Source: a virus. Taken from it: 64,000 nt of DNA. Of this stretch, positions 40,383 through 48,223 are shown piece by piece. The DNA lies in the IMG/VR virus record IMGVR_UViG_3300025101_000019, positions 32,001 to 96,000 of that record; one strand, given 5' to 3'. Under the pieces are notes generated by a model. That model was given only the letters and a program-made list of their open reading frames with translations. It was not told where the DNA came from and did no database searches. Made by a program: the position numbers and the translations under genes. Position 1 is the stretch's first letter; each line of letters opens with the position of its first letter.

Positions 40383-42526
40383 ATTTTCACCTCGAACTTT
40401 TTATTTAATGTTTTGGCTAACTGAGTCATATTATCAACAGAGATGAACTCTGAATCCTTACCATACATTTCCTCAAACTGAGTCTTACTACTTCCATAGT
40501 ATCCATCAGAGATAAAGTAAGATAGGACACCGACACCTGCGTTTCTAACTTTCTTAACTTGGTCAGCCGTATGTTTTACTGCGTAGTCACCACCATAACT
40601 AATTTCTTTGTTGTCAAAGCCAGGCCATCCATCTGAGAAATTGATTAGGTAACTTTCTACACCATTTTTTGTATTGGTCAACTCTTTTAGAATCGCTTCA
40701 AAACACAACCCTTCAGGAGTAGTTCCACTTGGTGAAATATATTTAAACAAGTTTACAATTTTAGAAAACTTATCTTTTCTTGAATCATATGCAATCATCA
40801 TTAGAGGTTGACATCCACTTCCACTATTGTAGTAGATACCTCTATAAGAAATCACTACATTCATATTGTCGGTCATCGATGCCGCCTTTGCAATCGCTAC
40901 GGCTGCCGTTTGAGTGTTGTACCATTTGTCACCACCCATAGAAGAACTTGCGTCAATCGAGATGTGTACTAAACAAGGAGTCGCCGTATTGATATTGATT
41001 TGGTCAAAGATTTGAAAGTTACCGAAACCAATCTCGTGTAACATTCTACCATTTAACTTACCACTCTTCATTCTTGGAGTGTTGTCGATTCTCTCTTCGT
41101 TTCTTGTCTTAAGTTTCTTACCTAAGATAGTTCCAAGTGTAATACCTTTTCTAACTGCCTTATCGTTTGAATCAACTCTCCAACTTCCTAAGTGACCAAT
41201 CATGCCTGAGTCAATCAATGATTGATTTACATTTCTGATTACATAAGTCTGAACACCTTGAGATTGATTTCTCCAATAACCTTGGTCAAGTCCTTTGCCT
41301 GTAACCTCAGTTTCGATATCAGCTTTATCAAGAACATCGATTTTCTTTTTGTCAGCCTTAGTGATTGTAGTTTTTTTGATATCACCATCTAAGAACTTCT
41401 TTTGTTTCTTGATAGCGTTATCTAACATTTTCTTTTGTTTATCATTCAAAGGTTGGTAGTCACCGCCAGCACCATTCTTGTTACCGAGGCCAGTTGGTTG
41501 AGGACTACCTTCTTCGGTAGAAGCATCATCCTTACCATCATCACCCTTAGAGTCTTTACCTTTACCACTTCCGTTACCTTCCATTGGTGAACCATCAGAA
41601 GTTGGTTTGTCATCAGAAGACATCTCAGACTTACCATTAGTATCATTGTCATCACCACCCATTTCTTTTTCAGATGACTTAGACTCATACTCAGCGTCTT
41701 GTACATTTTCGTGGATAATCATATAAATCTGACCTGCCACTTCGAGTGCGTCATTTGATGTTCTTAGTCTTGAAATATTTTTAAGGTCAAGAAGATTCCA
41801 AATCTGTTTCAATCCTTTAAGAGCTTTGAGGTCTCTGTTAGAGTTAGTGATGTTAATCAATCTAAACATATAAGAATCCCAAGTCTCGTCTCTATGTTCT
41901 GAAGACTTAAGACCTTTGTCCACTACATTAGAGTGGAAGTACTTGTTATACATTGACTCATAGTACCCTCTATAACCAGGCGCTGATTTGTAAATGTAAT
42001 TGTCAATTCGTCTGTCCTCAACATAGTTAAGTAAATCTTTTAACTTACTTACAATGTCTCTTCTTTTTGACCACCATGCGGTAGAATACTCATCACCATC
42101 TTCAACCATTTGAATATATGATGATAAAGTTTTTACCCAAGGTAACATAGATTTTGGAAACCCTTGAAGACCATTGTTGTCCATCAGAGTTTTTAACATT
42201 TCGAAGTCAGTAAGTTTGATGTGAGAACCTTCGTGAAGTGCTAACCCAACCACAGGGTCGAATTCTTTGTCATTCATTTTAGCTGATATAACAACCTCTT
42301 TACCATCGGTGTAACTATCATCACCCCTACCATTAAAGGTAACGGGAATAGGTTGGCCTGTAACGATACTAACGAAGTTACTGATTGACTTTTTGTATGC
42401 CATCAACTTCATTAAGTCATTAGACTTCTTCTCAATTTTGTTAGGTTCATTATCCGTATCCCATATTGACTTGTCAAGCCAGAAGGAAGAATAATTCATG
42501 TGGTTTGTATTTCGCATAATTCTCAT
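40379..42526 (-). CDS. vWA protein with N-terminal HExxH domain (CobT-like partner of the AAA ATPase)
   Basis: LALHEGSH, NYVEDRRID, acidic linker, MIDAS DASSSM, TPEG, FSDG. Confidence 0.85.
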   Translation of the reverse strand: MRIMRNTNHMNYSSFWLDKSIWDTDNEPNKIEKKSNDLMKLMAYKKSISNFVSIVTGQPIPVTFNGRGDDSYTDGKEVVISAKMNDKEFDPVVGLALHEGSHIKLTDFEMLKTLMDNNGLQGFPKSMLPWVKTLSSYIQMVEDGDEYSTAWWSKRRDIVSKLKDLLNYVEDRRIDNYIYKSAPGYRGYYESMYNKYFHSNVVDKGLKSSEHRDETWDSYMFRLINITNSNRDLKALKGLKQIWNLLDLKNISRLRTSNDALEVAGQIYMIIHENVQDAEYESKSSEKEMGGDDNDTNGKSEMSSDDKPTSDGSPMEGNGSGKGKDSKGDDGKDDASTEEGSPQPTGLGNKNGAGGDYQPLNDKQKKMLDNAIKKQKKFLDGDIKKTTITKADKKKIDVLDKADIETEVTGKGLDQGYWRNQSQGVQTYVIRNVNQSLIDSGMIGHLGSWRVDSNDKAVRKGITLGTILGKKLKTRNEERIDNTPRMKSGKLNGRMLHEIGFGNFQIFDQININTATPCLVHISIDASSSMGGDKWYNTQTAAVAIAKAASMTDNMNVVISYRGIYYNSGSGCQPLMMIAYDSRKDKFSKIVNLFKYISPSGTTPEGLCFEAILKELTNTKNGVESYLINFSDGWPGFDNKEISYGGDYAVKHTADQVKKVRNAGVGVLSYFISDGYYGSSKTQFEEMYGKDSEFISVDNMTQLAKTLNKKFEVKI

Positions 42527-42543
42527 TTTTTAATCTTACAATA

Positions 42544-42599
42544 TAAAGATAAGACATTTTTGTCTAATTGCCAAATTTCTAATGTTAAGAAATTGTTAA
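42544..42599 (-). promoter_or_regulatory. Promoter with phased TTAACA-N5-TTAACA box
   Basis: TTAACA-N5-TTAACA-N7-TTTG-N20-TATCTTTA. Confidence 0.7.
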
Positions 42600-42736
42600 A
42601 TTTTGCCTTTATGTTTTTCTTTACGAGTATAGTGTTTTTTGCTTTTATGTGGCATTGGGACTCGGAGTGAATCTTTCCACTCTTGAAAAGTAAGCGTTAC
42701 TTGCTTTAATTTAATATCTTTCTTTTCTTTACCCAT
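42596..42736 (-). CDS. 46-aa basic protein, ArfA-like C-terminus
   Basis: Not in ORF track. MGKEKKDIKLKQVTLTFQEWKDSLRVPMPHKSKKHYTRKEKHKGKI; has its own promoter. Confidence 0.55.
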   Translation of the reverse strand: MGKEKKDIKLKQVTLTFQEWKDSLRVPMPHKSKKHYTRKEKHKGKI

Positions 42737-42762
42737 ACTGCCGTATCTCTTTCTTTACTATG

Positions 42763-42818
42763 TAAAGATAGTGAATTATATCGGTATTGCCAAACTTTAA
42801 ATGTTAAAATTTTGTTAA
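42763..42818 (-). promoter_or_regulatory. Promoter with phased TTAACA-N5-TTAACA box
   Basis: TTAACA-N5-TTAACA-N7-TTTG-N20-TATCTTTA. Confidence 0.7.
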
Positions 42819-42846
42819 AGTTTTCAACACTATATGTTAATAACTA

Positions 42847-43197
42847 TTATAGTTTACCCGCGTCTCGTAGTTTTTTACGGATTTTGGTGGCGGATATATC
42901 GTGAATATCGCCTGGTGGAATGTGTTCTATTATATCGTAACCAACACCACGACCATAGTTTACAGATTCAATATCAGGTATTATTATTATTCTAACTCTA
43001 CCATCATGTATAAGGTCTTGAAGTTCTATATGTAGATTGTCGTATACTTCTTGTGGTGTATATGGTTGGTTCTCATTTGGTTCAACATCACGAATGGCAA
43101 TACATACATTCTTGCCTTCGTTTAATCTTTGGTCAATCAACCAACGATGACCATCATGCCAAGGTTGCCATCTACCTATGAATAGTGAGTACTTCAT
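42847..43197 (-). CDS. Cytidylyltransferase-like (HxGH) nucleotidyltransferase
   Basis: FIGRWQPWHDGH; ISATKIR. Confidence 0.8.
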   Translation of the reverse strand: MKYSLFIGRWQPWHDGHRWLIDQRLNEGKNVCIAIRDVEPNENQPYTPQEVYDNLHIELQDLIHDGRVRIIIIPDIESVNYGRGVGYDIIEHIPPGDIHDISATKIRKKLRDAGKL

Positions 43198-43609
43198 TTA
43201 ATGTTTGTATTGGTAGTTTATCATCGGTACATAACCATATATCGTCTGTACCTATTTCCATTGCGTCTGTATGGTAGTGTTCTCGTCCTCTAACTTCTTG
43301 TGTAAATAAGTAAAACATTTTAGGGTTTAAATCTAATAGTTCATCTCGTACATCTTTGTATGGGCCAACAACTGATATGACTACATGAAAGTTTTTATGG
43401 TGAAGGAATCTGGCAATAGTAGTAACCTTTCTCATATTGTTCTTACGACCCTCTTCACTATAATCAGTATTACTAAATACCTCTCTCATAAAATCACCAT
43501 CGATATGTATTACGGGATTACCAATTGTCTTATACTCGAAGTGTTCTTTTAAAAGTTTTGCTATTGTTGTCTTACCTGCGCCGGGTTGACCATAGAACCA
43601 ATATATCAT
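43172..43609 (-). CDS. cysC: Adenylylsulfate (APS) kinase-like protein
   Basis: WFYGQPGAGKTTIA, IDGD.MR, DYSEEGRKNN, VGPYKDVR. Start at the ATGA overlap. Confidence 0.75.
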   Translation of the reverse strand: MIYWFYGQPGAGKTTIAKLLKEHFEYKTIGNPVIHIDGDFMREVFSNTDYSEEGRKNNMRKVTTIARFLHHKNFHVVISVVGPYKDVRDELLDLNPKMFYLFTQEVRGREHYHTDAMEIGTDDIWLCTDDKLPIQTLNEVLTIHR

Positions 43610-44241
43610 TCGTACAACCAATTGTCAAGTTCTTCGACTTGAATTAAACCTAAGTCTTCTTCTCGATTTGCATCCATGATATTAAACTCATAAAATGGAT
43701 TGTGTCTTTGTACGAGTGGTGTATCCATAAAGAAATTATTTTGAACAATACCAATACCCCAATCAGTATCTACTACACAAACTTTTAAATCTCTTCTACT
43801 TGTTCTTAACTCGTATATTGCTTTCCATACCGTACCATTCCATGGTTGATACTCACCATCTACCATATAGTTTTCTCTTGCCATATGAGCTGATGGTGGA
43901 TTACAATCGTGTAAAAGAATATAACCATTTGGATTTAGATATCTAAGAGAGTTGTGAATGTCTTGTTTTACTTGATACGATTTGTGTAACCCATCTATAA
44001 AGATAATATCAAATTTATCGTTAGGTCTTCTATCATCCATAAATCTAAAAAACTCATCAGAGGTCATTTGATGGTCAACGGGATTCTCTTCAAACTCAAC
44101 GCCAGGGTCAACACCTTCTTTGTGTTCACATTGTACTTGGTCAAAACAATGAACAGGATTACATACACCAATTTCAAGATAACTTTTGAAGTCGTTCTCT
44201 TTTATTAGTTTGTTTATAATATCAAATCTATAAGTATACAT
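43606..44241 (-). CDS. Class I SAM-dependent methyltransferase (Methyltransf_24-like)
   Basis: YLEIGV, GVDP, FDIIFIDGLH, LNPNGYILLHD. Start reassigned to 44241 because the ORF-track extension overlaps tRNAs. Confidence 0.8.
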   Translation of the reverse strand: MYTYRFDIINKLIKENDFKSYLEIGVCNPVHCFDQVQCEHKEGVDPGVEFEENPVDHQMTSDEFFRFMDDRRPNDKFDIIFIDGLHKSYQVKQDIHNSLRYLNPNGYILLHDCNPPSAHMARENYMVDGEYQPWNGTVWKAIYELRTSRRDLKVCVVDTDWGIGIVQNNFFMDTPLVQRHNPFYEFNIMDANREEDLGLIQVEELDNWLYE

Positions 44242-44255
44242 ACTAAATTTTATTG

Positions 44256-44327
44256 TAGCCCCTAGGAGAATCGAACTCCTCTTTCCAGGATGAAAACCTG
44301 GCGTCCTAACCGATAGACGAAGGGGCC
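44256..44327 (-). tRNA. tRNA-Glu(TTC)
   Basis: GGCCCCT/AGGGGCT acceptor, CCAGG-TTTTCAT-CCTGG anticodon arm, TTCGATT T-loop. Confidence 0.93.
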
Positions 44328-44337
44328 AGTATATTAG

Positions 44338-44409
44338 AGCGGAAAGGTGGAACTGCCCCACCATCTCCACATTGGTAATGTGGCGAGTTTCTTTTAACTC
44401 TTTTCCCGC
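44338..44409 (-). tRNA. Non-canonical tRNA-Gly-like RNA, anticodon ACC
   Basis: GCGGGAA/TTTCCGC-T; D arm GAGT-TAAAAGAA-ACTC; CCACA-TTACCAA-TGTGG; T arm GGTGG-GGCAGTT-CCACC. Confidence 0.85.
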
Positions 44410-44413
44410 TTAG

Positions 44414-44485
44414 AGCGGAAGGTTGGAACTGCCCCAACTCCTTTGTACTGGATGTACAACGACTTTCTTTTAAGTCTTCTCCCGC
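44414..44485 (-). tRNA. Non-canonical tRNA-Gly-like RNA, anticodon TCC
   Basis: GCGGGAG/CTTCCGC-T; D arm GACT-TAAAAGAA-AGTC; TTGTA-CATCCAG-TACAA; T arm GTTGG-GGCAGTT-CCAAC. Confidence 0.85.
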
Positions 44486-44495
44486 GATTGTTTAC

Positions 44496-44527
44496 ACAAT
44501 ATACAAAATAAAATTGACATGGCCAAA
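44496..44527 (-). promoter_or_regulatory. Sigma-A-type promoter directly upstream of the atypical tRNA-Gly pair
   Basis: TTTG-N20-TATATTGT ending 10 nt before the first tRNA. Confidence 0.7.
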
Positions 44528-44534
44528 TTTTTAG

Positions 44535-44608
44535 TGGAGAATATCGGAGTCGAACCGATGACCTCTTCGGTGCAAGCGAAGCGCTCTAGCCATCTGAGCT
44601 AATTCCCC
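44535..44608 (-). tRNA. tRNA-Ala(TGC)
   Basis: GGGGAAT/ATTCTCC with G3-U70; CTTCG-CTTGCAC-CGAAG; TTCGACT T-loop. Confidence 0.95.
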
Positions 44609-44617
44609 AATAAAGAT

Positions 44618-44887
44618 TTATCCTTTTAACAATTCCTTTTCATCCGATTCGGATACAGGAATGTCGTGACCATATTCTTTACCAAAGTTTTTAGTAAGTA
44701 CCGACAACTTGCCAGTTGCGGATTCTAACTTACCTAATAACTTATCGATTTCTTCTGTGTGTTGTGGATGTTCACCTATCGCAACAGGTGATTCAAAGTA
44801 GATTGATAATGTCGCCCTTGCGTCCATTATTTCTGCAGTATACTTTGCCTCTAAGGCTTGGTATAATCTTCTTGATAATTTACTCAT
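44618..44887 (-). CDS. Hypothetical protein
   Basis: ATLSIYFESPVAIGEHPQH motif; TATTTATA upstream. Confidence 0.6.
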   Translation of the reverse strand: MSKLSRRLYQALEAKYTAEIMDARATLSIYFESPVAIGEHPQHTEEIDKLLGKLESATGKLSVLTKNFGKEYGHDIPVSESDEKELLKG

Positions 44888-44935
44888 AACAAATTTGTTT
44901 TTAATAGTTAACTTTATATAAATATAATTTTATTT

Positions 44936-45235
44936 TTAATCAACGCTATATAGATTATATTTTAGCGTTATCTCTTCATCACTTGGGATTGGTCTAAGTG
45001 TAAACAACATTAGATTCCCATCGATATCTTGTCTTACTTCACAATTGGGAGTATCACTATGATTTATGAATCCACCCAATGGTGTTCTGATATATCCGTT
45101 TTCAAACTTATCGTTAGGTATATGAGTGACTCCTATGAATCTTGCGTGTGGTAACGACTCAGTTGAATACAATCCTAACCCTTCAATTTCAGATTGTTTA
45201 ATTGTAACTTCTTTTGGTAGTGGTCTATATGTCAT
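44936..45235 (-). CDS. SET-domain protein (putative lysine methyltransferase)
   Basis: SEIEGLGLYS, GFINHSDTPNC, TLRPI..DEEITLKY. Confidence 0.85.
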   Translation of the reverse strand: MTYRPLPKEVTIKQSEIEGLGLYSTESLPHARFIGVTHIPNDKFENGYIRTPLGGFINHSDTPNCEVRQDIDGNLMLFTLRPIPSDEEITLKYNLYSVD

Positions 45236-45983
45236 GTGGTTGGGTTAATGAGTTATTATACATCTCTGTTCTGTATTGTACACCGACACATTCATTCAAT
45301 GCGAATGTAATCAAGTCTTTTTCAAAGATATAGTTGAGGTCTGTTCGTGGTGTTTCACAATATAATGCAGGTAGGAATTCGTCAATAACAAATATCATTT
45401 TTTTATACTTATCTAAATGATTCTCTACTAACTTTTTAATTCCGTTCTTACTTAACAACAATGCGTGAGTTTGATATGAGTAGCCAGGTTTACATATCAT
45501 ATCATCTATTGGAGTATCTTGAACACCTTGAAATCCTGTTTGAAGTAATCTACCTAAATAAAATAAATCATAGTTCATAGATTTTACTTTATCAAGTTGT
45601 GACCAATCCATAGGTTTTTCAAATACAAAGTCATCTTCATATACAAGTATATTATCATATCCATTCTTGTATGCATCTTCCCATACAGCGATATGAGATA
45701 GTGTACATCCAATCTCACCCAATGTGACATCTCTTTGCCAGTAACGATTAGCATTATCTTTTACATGGACATCACTTGTATTTAAGTTCCAATCTTTATA
45801 TGCTTCAATCCCCATCAATTGCATATGATGAGTTGTCAACTTCCTACCATCAATACCAAGTACTTCAAATGGAACTTCGTGTGGTAGTCCAACCTTGTCT
45901 ATCTCTTTTAGAATAGATGCGATGTGTTCATCACTCCAATCTAAACTAATAATGTATATCTTATCTATCGCCTTTTCGGTCAT
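45225..45983 (-). CDS. Glycosyltransferase family 25
   Basis: IYIISL, GIDG, GEIGCTLSHIAVW, VYEDD, DLFYLG, YSYQTHA, IDEFLP. Confidence 0.85.
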   Translation of the reverse strand: MTEKAIDKIYIISLDWSDEHIASILKEIDKVGLPHEVPFEVLGIDGRKLTTHHMQLMGIEAYKDWNLNTSDVHVKDNANRYWQRDVTLGEIGCTLSHIAVWEDAYKNGYDNILVYEDDFVFEKPMDWSQLDKVKSMNYDLFYLGRLLQTGFQGVQDTPIDDMICKPGYSYQTHALLLSKNGIKKLVENHLDKYKKMIFVIDEFLPALYCETPRTDLNYIFEKDLITFALNECVGVQYRTEMYNNSLTQPHDI

Positions 45984-46086
45984 GTAACTCCTGTTGTAGT
46001 TTCTGAATTTGTAGTTTGTCCTTTTGAGTTTGAGGTTTTTTCATTTTCAACTCAAGAATCTTCGCAATGATTTCTTTGTCACTCAT

Positions 46087-46437
46087 TTAGTTTTTCTTTT
46101 TTAATTGTGTTATTATATCAGTTACAAACTCACCTGCGTAAACCTTAGAACCAACACTCCACTTAGTGTTAAATGTTTCAGCGACAGTCAACGCATCCCC
46201 ACTTCTATATTGTTTGTCGGTTTTAAAATCATAGATGGTAAAACATGCGCCGTCCATTTCTCTTTTAAAGACCCATTGTTTTTGAACCTTACCATCAGCA
46301 CTTGGTTCATTGAATGTCGGTTCACCGAATGCTTGAATTAATTGTTTATAAGACCATCCAATAAGATAATCCTTTTTACTCGTCCCATCACATAAGGTGG
46401 ACGCTAGTTGTTTGTCTCGAATTAAATTGTATTTCAT
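46087..46437 (-). CDS. Hypothetical protein
   Basis: SYKQLIQAFGEP..DGKVQKQW..FTIYDFK motif. Confidence 0.6.
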   Translation of the reverse strand: MKYNLIRDKQLASTLCDGTSKKDYLIGWSYKQLIQAFGEPTFNEPSADGKVQKQWVFKREMDGACFTIYDFKTDKQYRSGDALTVAETFNTKWSVGSKVYAGEFVTDIITQLKKKN

Positions 46438-46514
46438 AGTGTGTTTTTTTTAAATTTTTCGTGTGAAAAGGAAACTTCGTTTCCACCTTGCACCTTTGCA
46501 CCTTGGCGGCTTAG

Positions 46515-46745
46515 TCACTTTTTCATATTGTCGAACCACGATTTCCAAAAGTTGTACCAAAATATCCATGCCGTTATCGGCCATAGAAGGAACGCCCAAA
46601 CCCTTTGTTCGTTTGAGGGGTTGTAAGGTTGACTCAATGCTCCCTTTCTATCTGCCCAATCCAATATAAGATTTATTATGATTGTACTGATACATCCTAC
46701 TATGATATACATAGATATATAATCAAATGTTGTTAATGTGTTCAT
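46515..46745 (-). CDS. Small membrane protein
   Basis: Two hydrophobic segments; LLWP. Confidence 0.5.
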   Translation of the reverse strand: MNTLTTFDYISMYIIVGCISTIIINLILDWADRKGALSQPYNPSNEQRVWAFLLWPITAWIFWYNFWKSWFDNMKK

Positions 46746-47003
46746 ATTATTAATTTAGTTATCTATAATTATCTGAATCGGATATAGTTGTACATAGGTT
46801 ACTTTGGATTACTCGTAGGTACGATACCTTGTCTATACGCTGGAGTATTAGTATCATATCTTTGAATTCACCAAAATTTATACCATGGTTTAGGCGTCAA
46901 CTCAATCTCATCTATCAACCACTTCAATCTCTCACCTGCCATCATTGAACAATCCGATTCACATAACTCTGCGATTTGTTTCAATTGTTTTACTATCTTA
47001 CTA

Positions 47004-47510
47004 TTATCCATGTGATGATGAGTATGCCGAGTTCGTTGCTTTCTCTAACAACCAACTCGATGATTGAACTTTATCTCCAAGATTCCATACCATATCTACT
47101 CCCATAGAATTACAATAGTCCTCTTCTGGTACATTACCTTGTCCTCTATCACCACCATTTCCAAATGCCATAGGTAGTTTATCACCAATGAATCTATCAT
47201 TAGTTCTATCTTTATATTCTCTACGGAAGGTATTCACCGCAGAATAAATTCCATCACACACCGATTTGTCTGTTGGTGTTCTTGGATTACATATAATAGT
47301 TTTAGTTACTCCCTTTATACGAGACATAATATATTCTCGTTCTTTCTCATCCATAAAAGGTTTCCCTTTCTTTTGAGTTAACCAATGGTCGTTATTTAGA
47401 ATCACCCAAACTTCATCTGCCATCTCATGAGCTCTCTCAATCATTTCGAGATGTCCTTTATGTACGGGGTCAAAACCACCACTAACTAACATTACTTTAA
47501 ACTTCTTCAT
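47004..47510 (-). CDS. Cytidylyltransferase-like (HxGH) nucleotidyltransferase
   Basis: SGGFDPVHKGHL, LNND, KKGKPFM..ER, FGNGGDR, KVQSSS. Confidence 0.85.
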   Translation of the reverse strand: MKKFKVMLVSGGFDPVHKGHLEMIERAHEMADEVWVILNNDHWLTQKKGKPFMDEKEREYIMSRIKGVTKTIICNPRTPTDKSVCDGIYSAVNTFRREYKDRTNDRFIGDKLPMAFGNGGDRGQGNVPEEDYCNSMGVDMVWNLGDKVQSSSWLLEKATNSAYSSSHG

Positions 47511-47679
47511 CTAATGCCTGTTTAATTTGTGTTAATGCTATTTGATATGAGTCAACCTTACCTAAGTCTTTATCTTCTTCTTGTAACTTACTGGCTAACT
47601 GCATTACTTCTAATCGTATACCATATGCGTGTGCTTCGAATAGTATCTCTTCTATATGTTCTTCGTTATTCCAACTCAT
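47497..47679 (-). CDS. Hypothetical protein
   Basis: Tightly packed ORF. Confidence 0.5.
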   Translation of the reverse strand: MSWNNEEHIEEILFEAHAYGIRLEVMQLASKLQEEDKDLGKVDSYQIALTQIKQALDEEV

Positions 47680-47819
47680 AGTGATTCCATGTATTGATGA
47701 ATTAATATTGATATCCCAACAACAATCATTACGATTAAAGAAACCTTAATCCCAAAAAAACTACTTTCGTATTGTTGTCGACTTCTTCCCTGCCTTAGTT
47801 CTATATCTTCTTTTGTCAT
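47676..47819 (-). CDS. 47-aa single-TM protein
   Basis: Not in ORF track. MTKEDIELRQGRSRQQYESSFFGIKVSLIVMIVVGISILIHQYMESL; fills the gap with an ATGA overlap. Confidence 0.45.
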   Translation of the reverse strand: MTKEDIELRQGRSRQQYESSFFGIKVSLIVMIVVGISILIHQYMESL

Positions 47820-48009
47820 TTCTTTTTTTTCTTTTATCGTATTCTACAATTTCCTTATCCCAATTGTTATGTCTATTATAATAACCTCTCAACTCAGGGT
47901 CATTTTCCATATCTCTTCTTTGAGAGTTATGTCCCCATCGTATTGCGTATAATAAACCAAACAAGTATAGTGAGAATATTACGAATCCTATTATAAACAT
48001 TCCTACCAT
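47761..48009 (-). CDS. Small membrane protein
   Basis: N-terminal TM helix. Confidence 0.5.
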   Translation of the reverse strand: MVGMFIIGFVIFSLYLFGLLYAIRWGHNSQRRDMENDPELRGYYNRHNNWDKEIVEYDKRKKRNDKRRYRTKAGKKSTTIRK

Positions 48010-48218
48010 TATCTTCTTCGTTTATAGTTATCGTTTCTTCTCTGTCTGATAGCTACTGATGCTGCCAGTATTGATGGTACCCAGATACCAACGAATATCC
48101 CTTCTAACTTCAATCCACTAAACCATAGTGATACTGAATATAAGAATGATATGAATGCTAAAACTATTGGATAGTATACTTCCCAAAAGTCCATAATTAA
48201 TTTTAATTTCTTTTTCAT
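48009..48218 (-). CDS. Small two-TM protein
   Basis: SVSLWFSG..EGIFVGIWVPSIL. Confidence 0.6.
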   Translation of the reverse strand: MKKKLKLIMDFWEVYYPIVLAFISFLYSVSLWFSGLKLEGIFVGIWVPSILAASVAIRQRRNDNYKRRR

Positions 48219-48223
48219 AATTT

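Noticed and set aside
44242-44370. N-terminal extension of ORF 43606..44370
   Set aside because: It overlaps tRNA-Glu and a tRNA-Gly-like gene; the methyltransferase starts at 44241.
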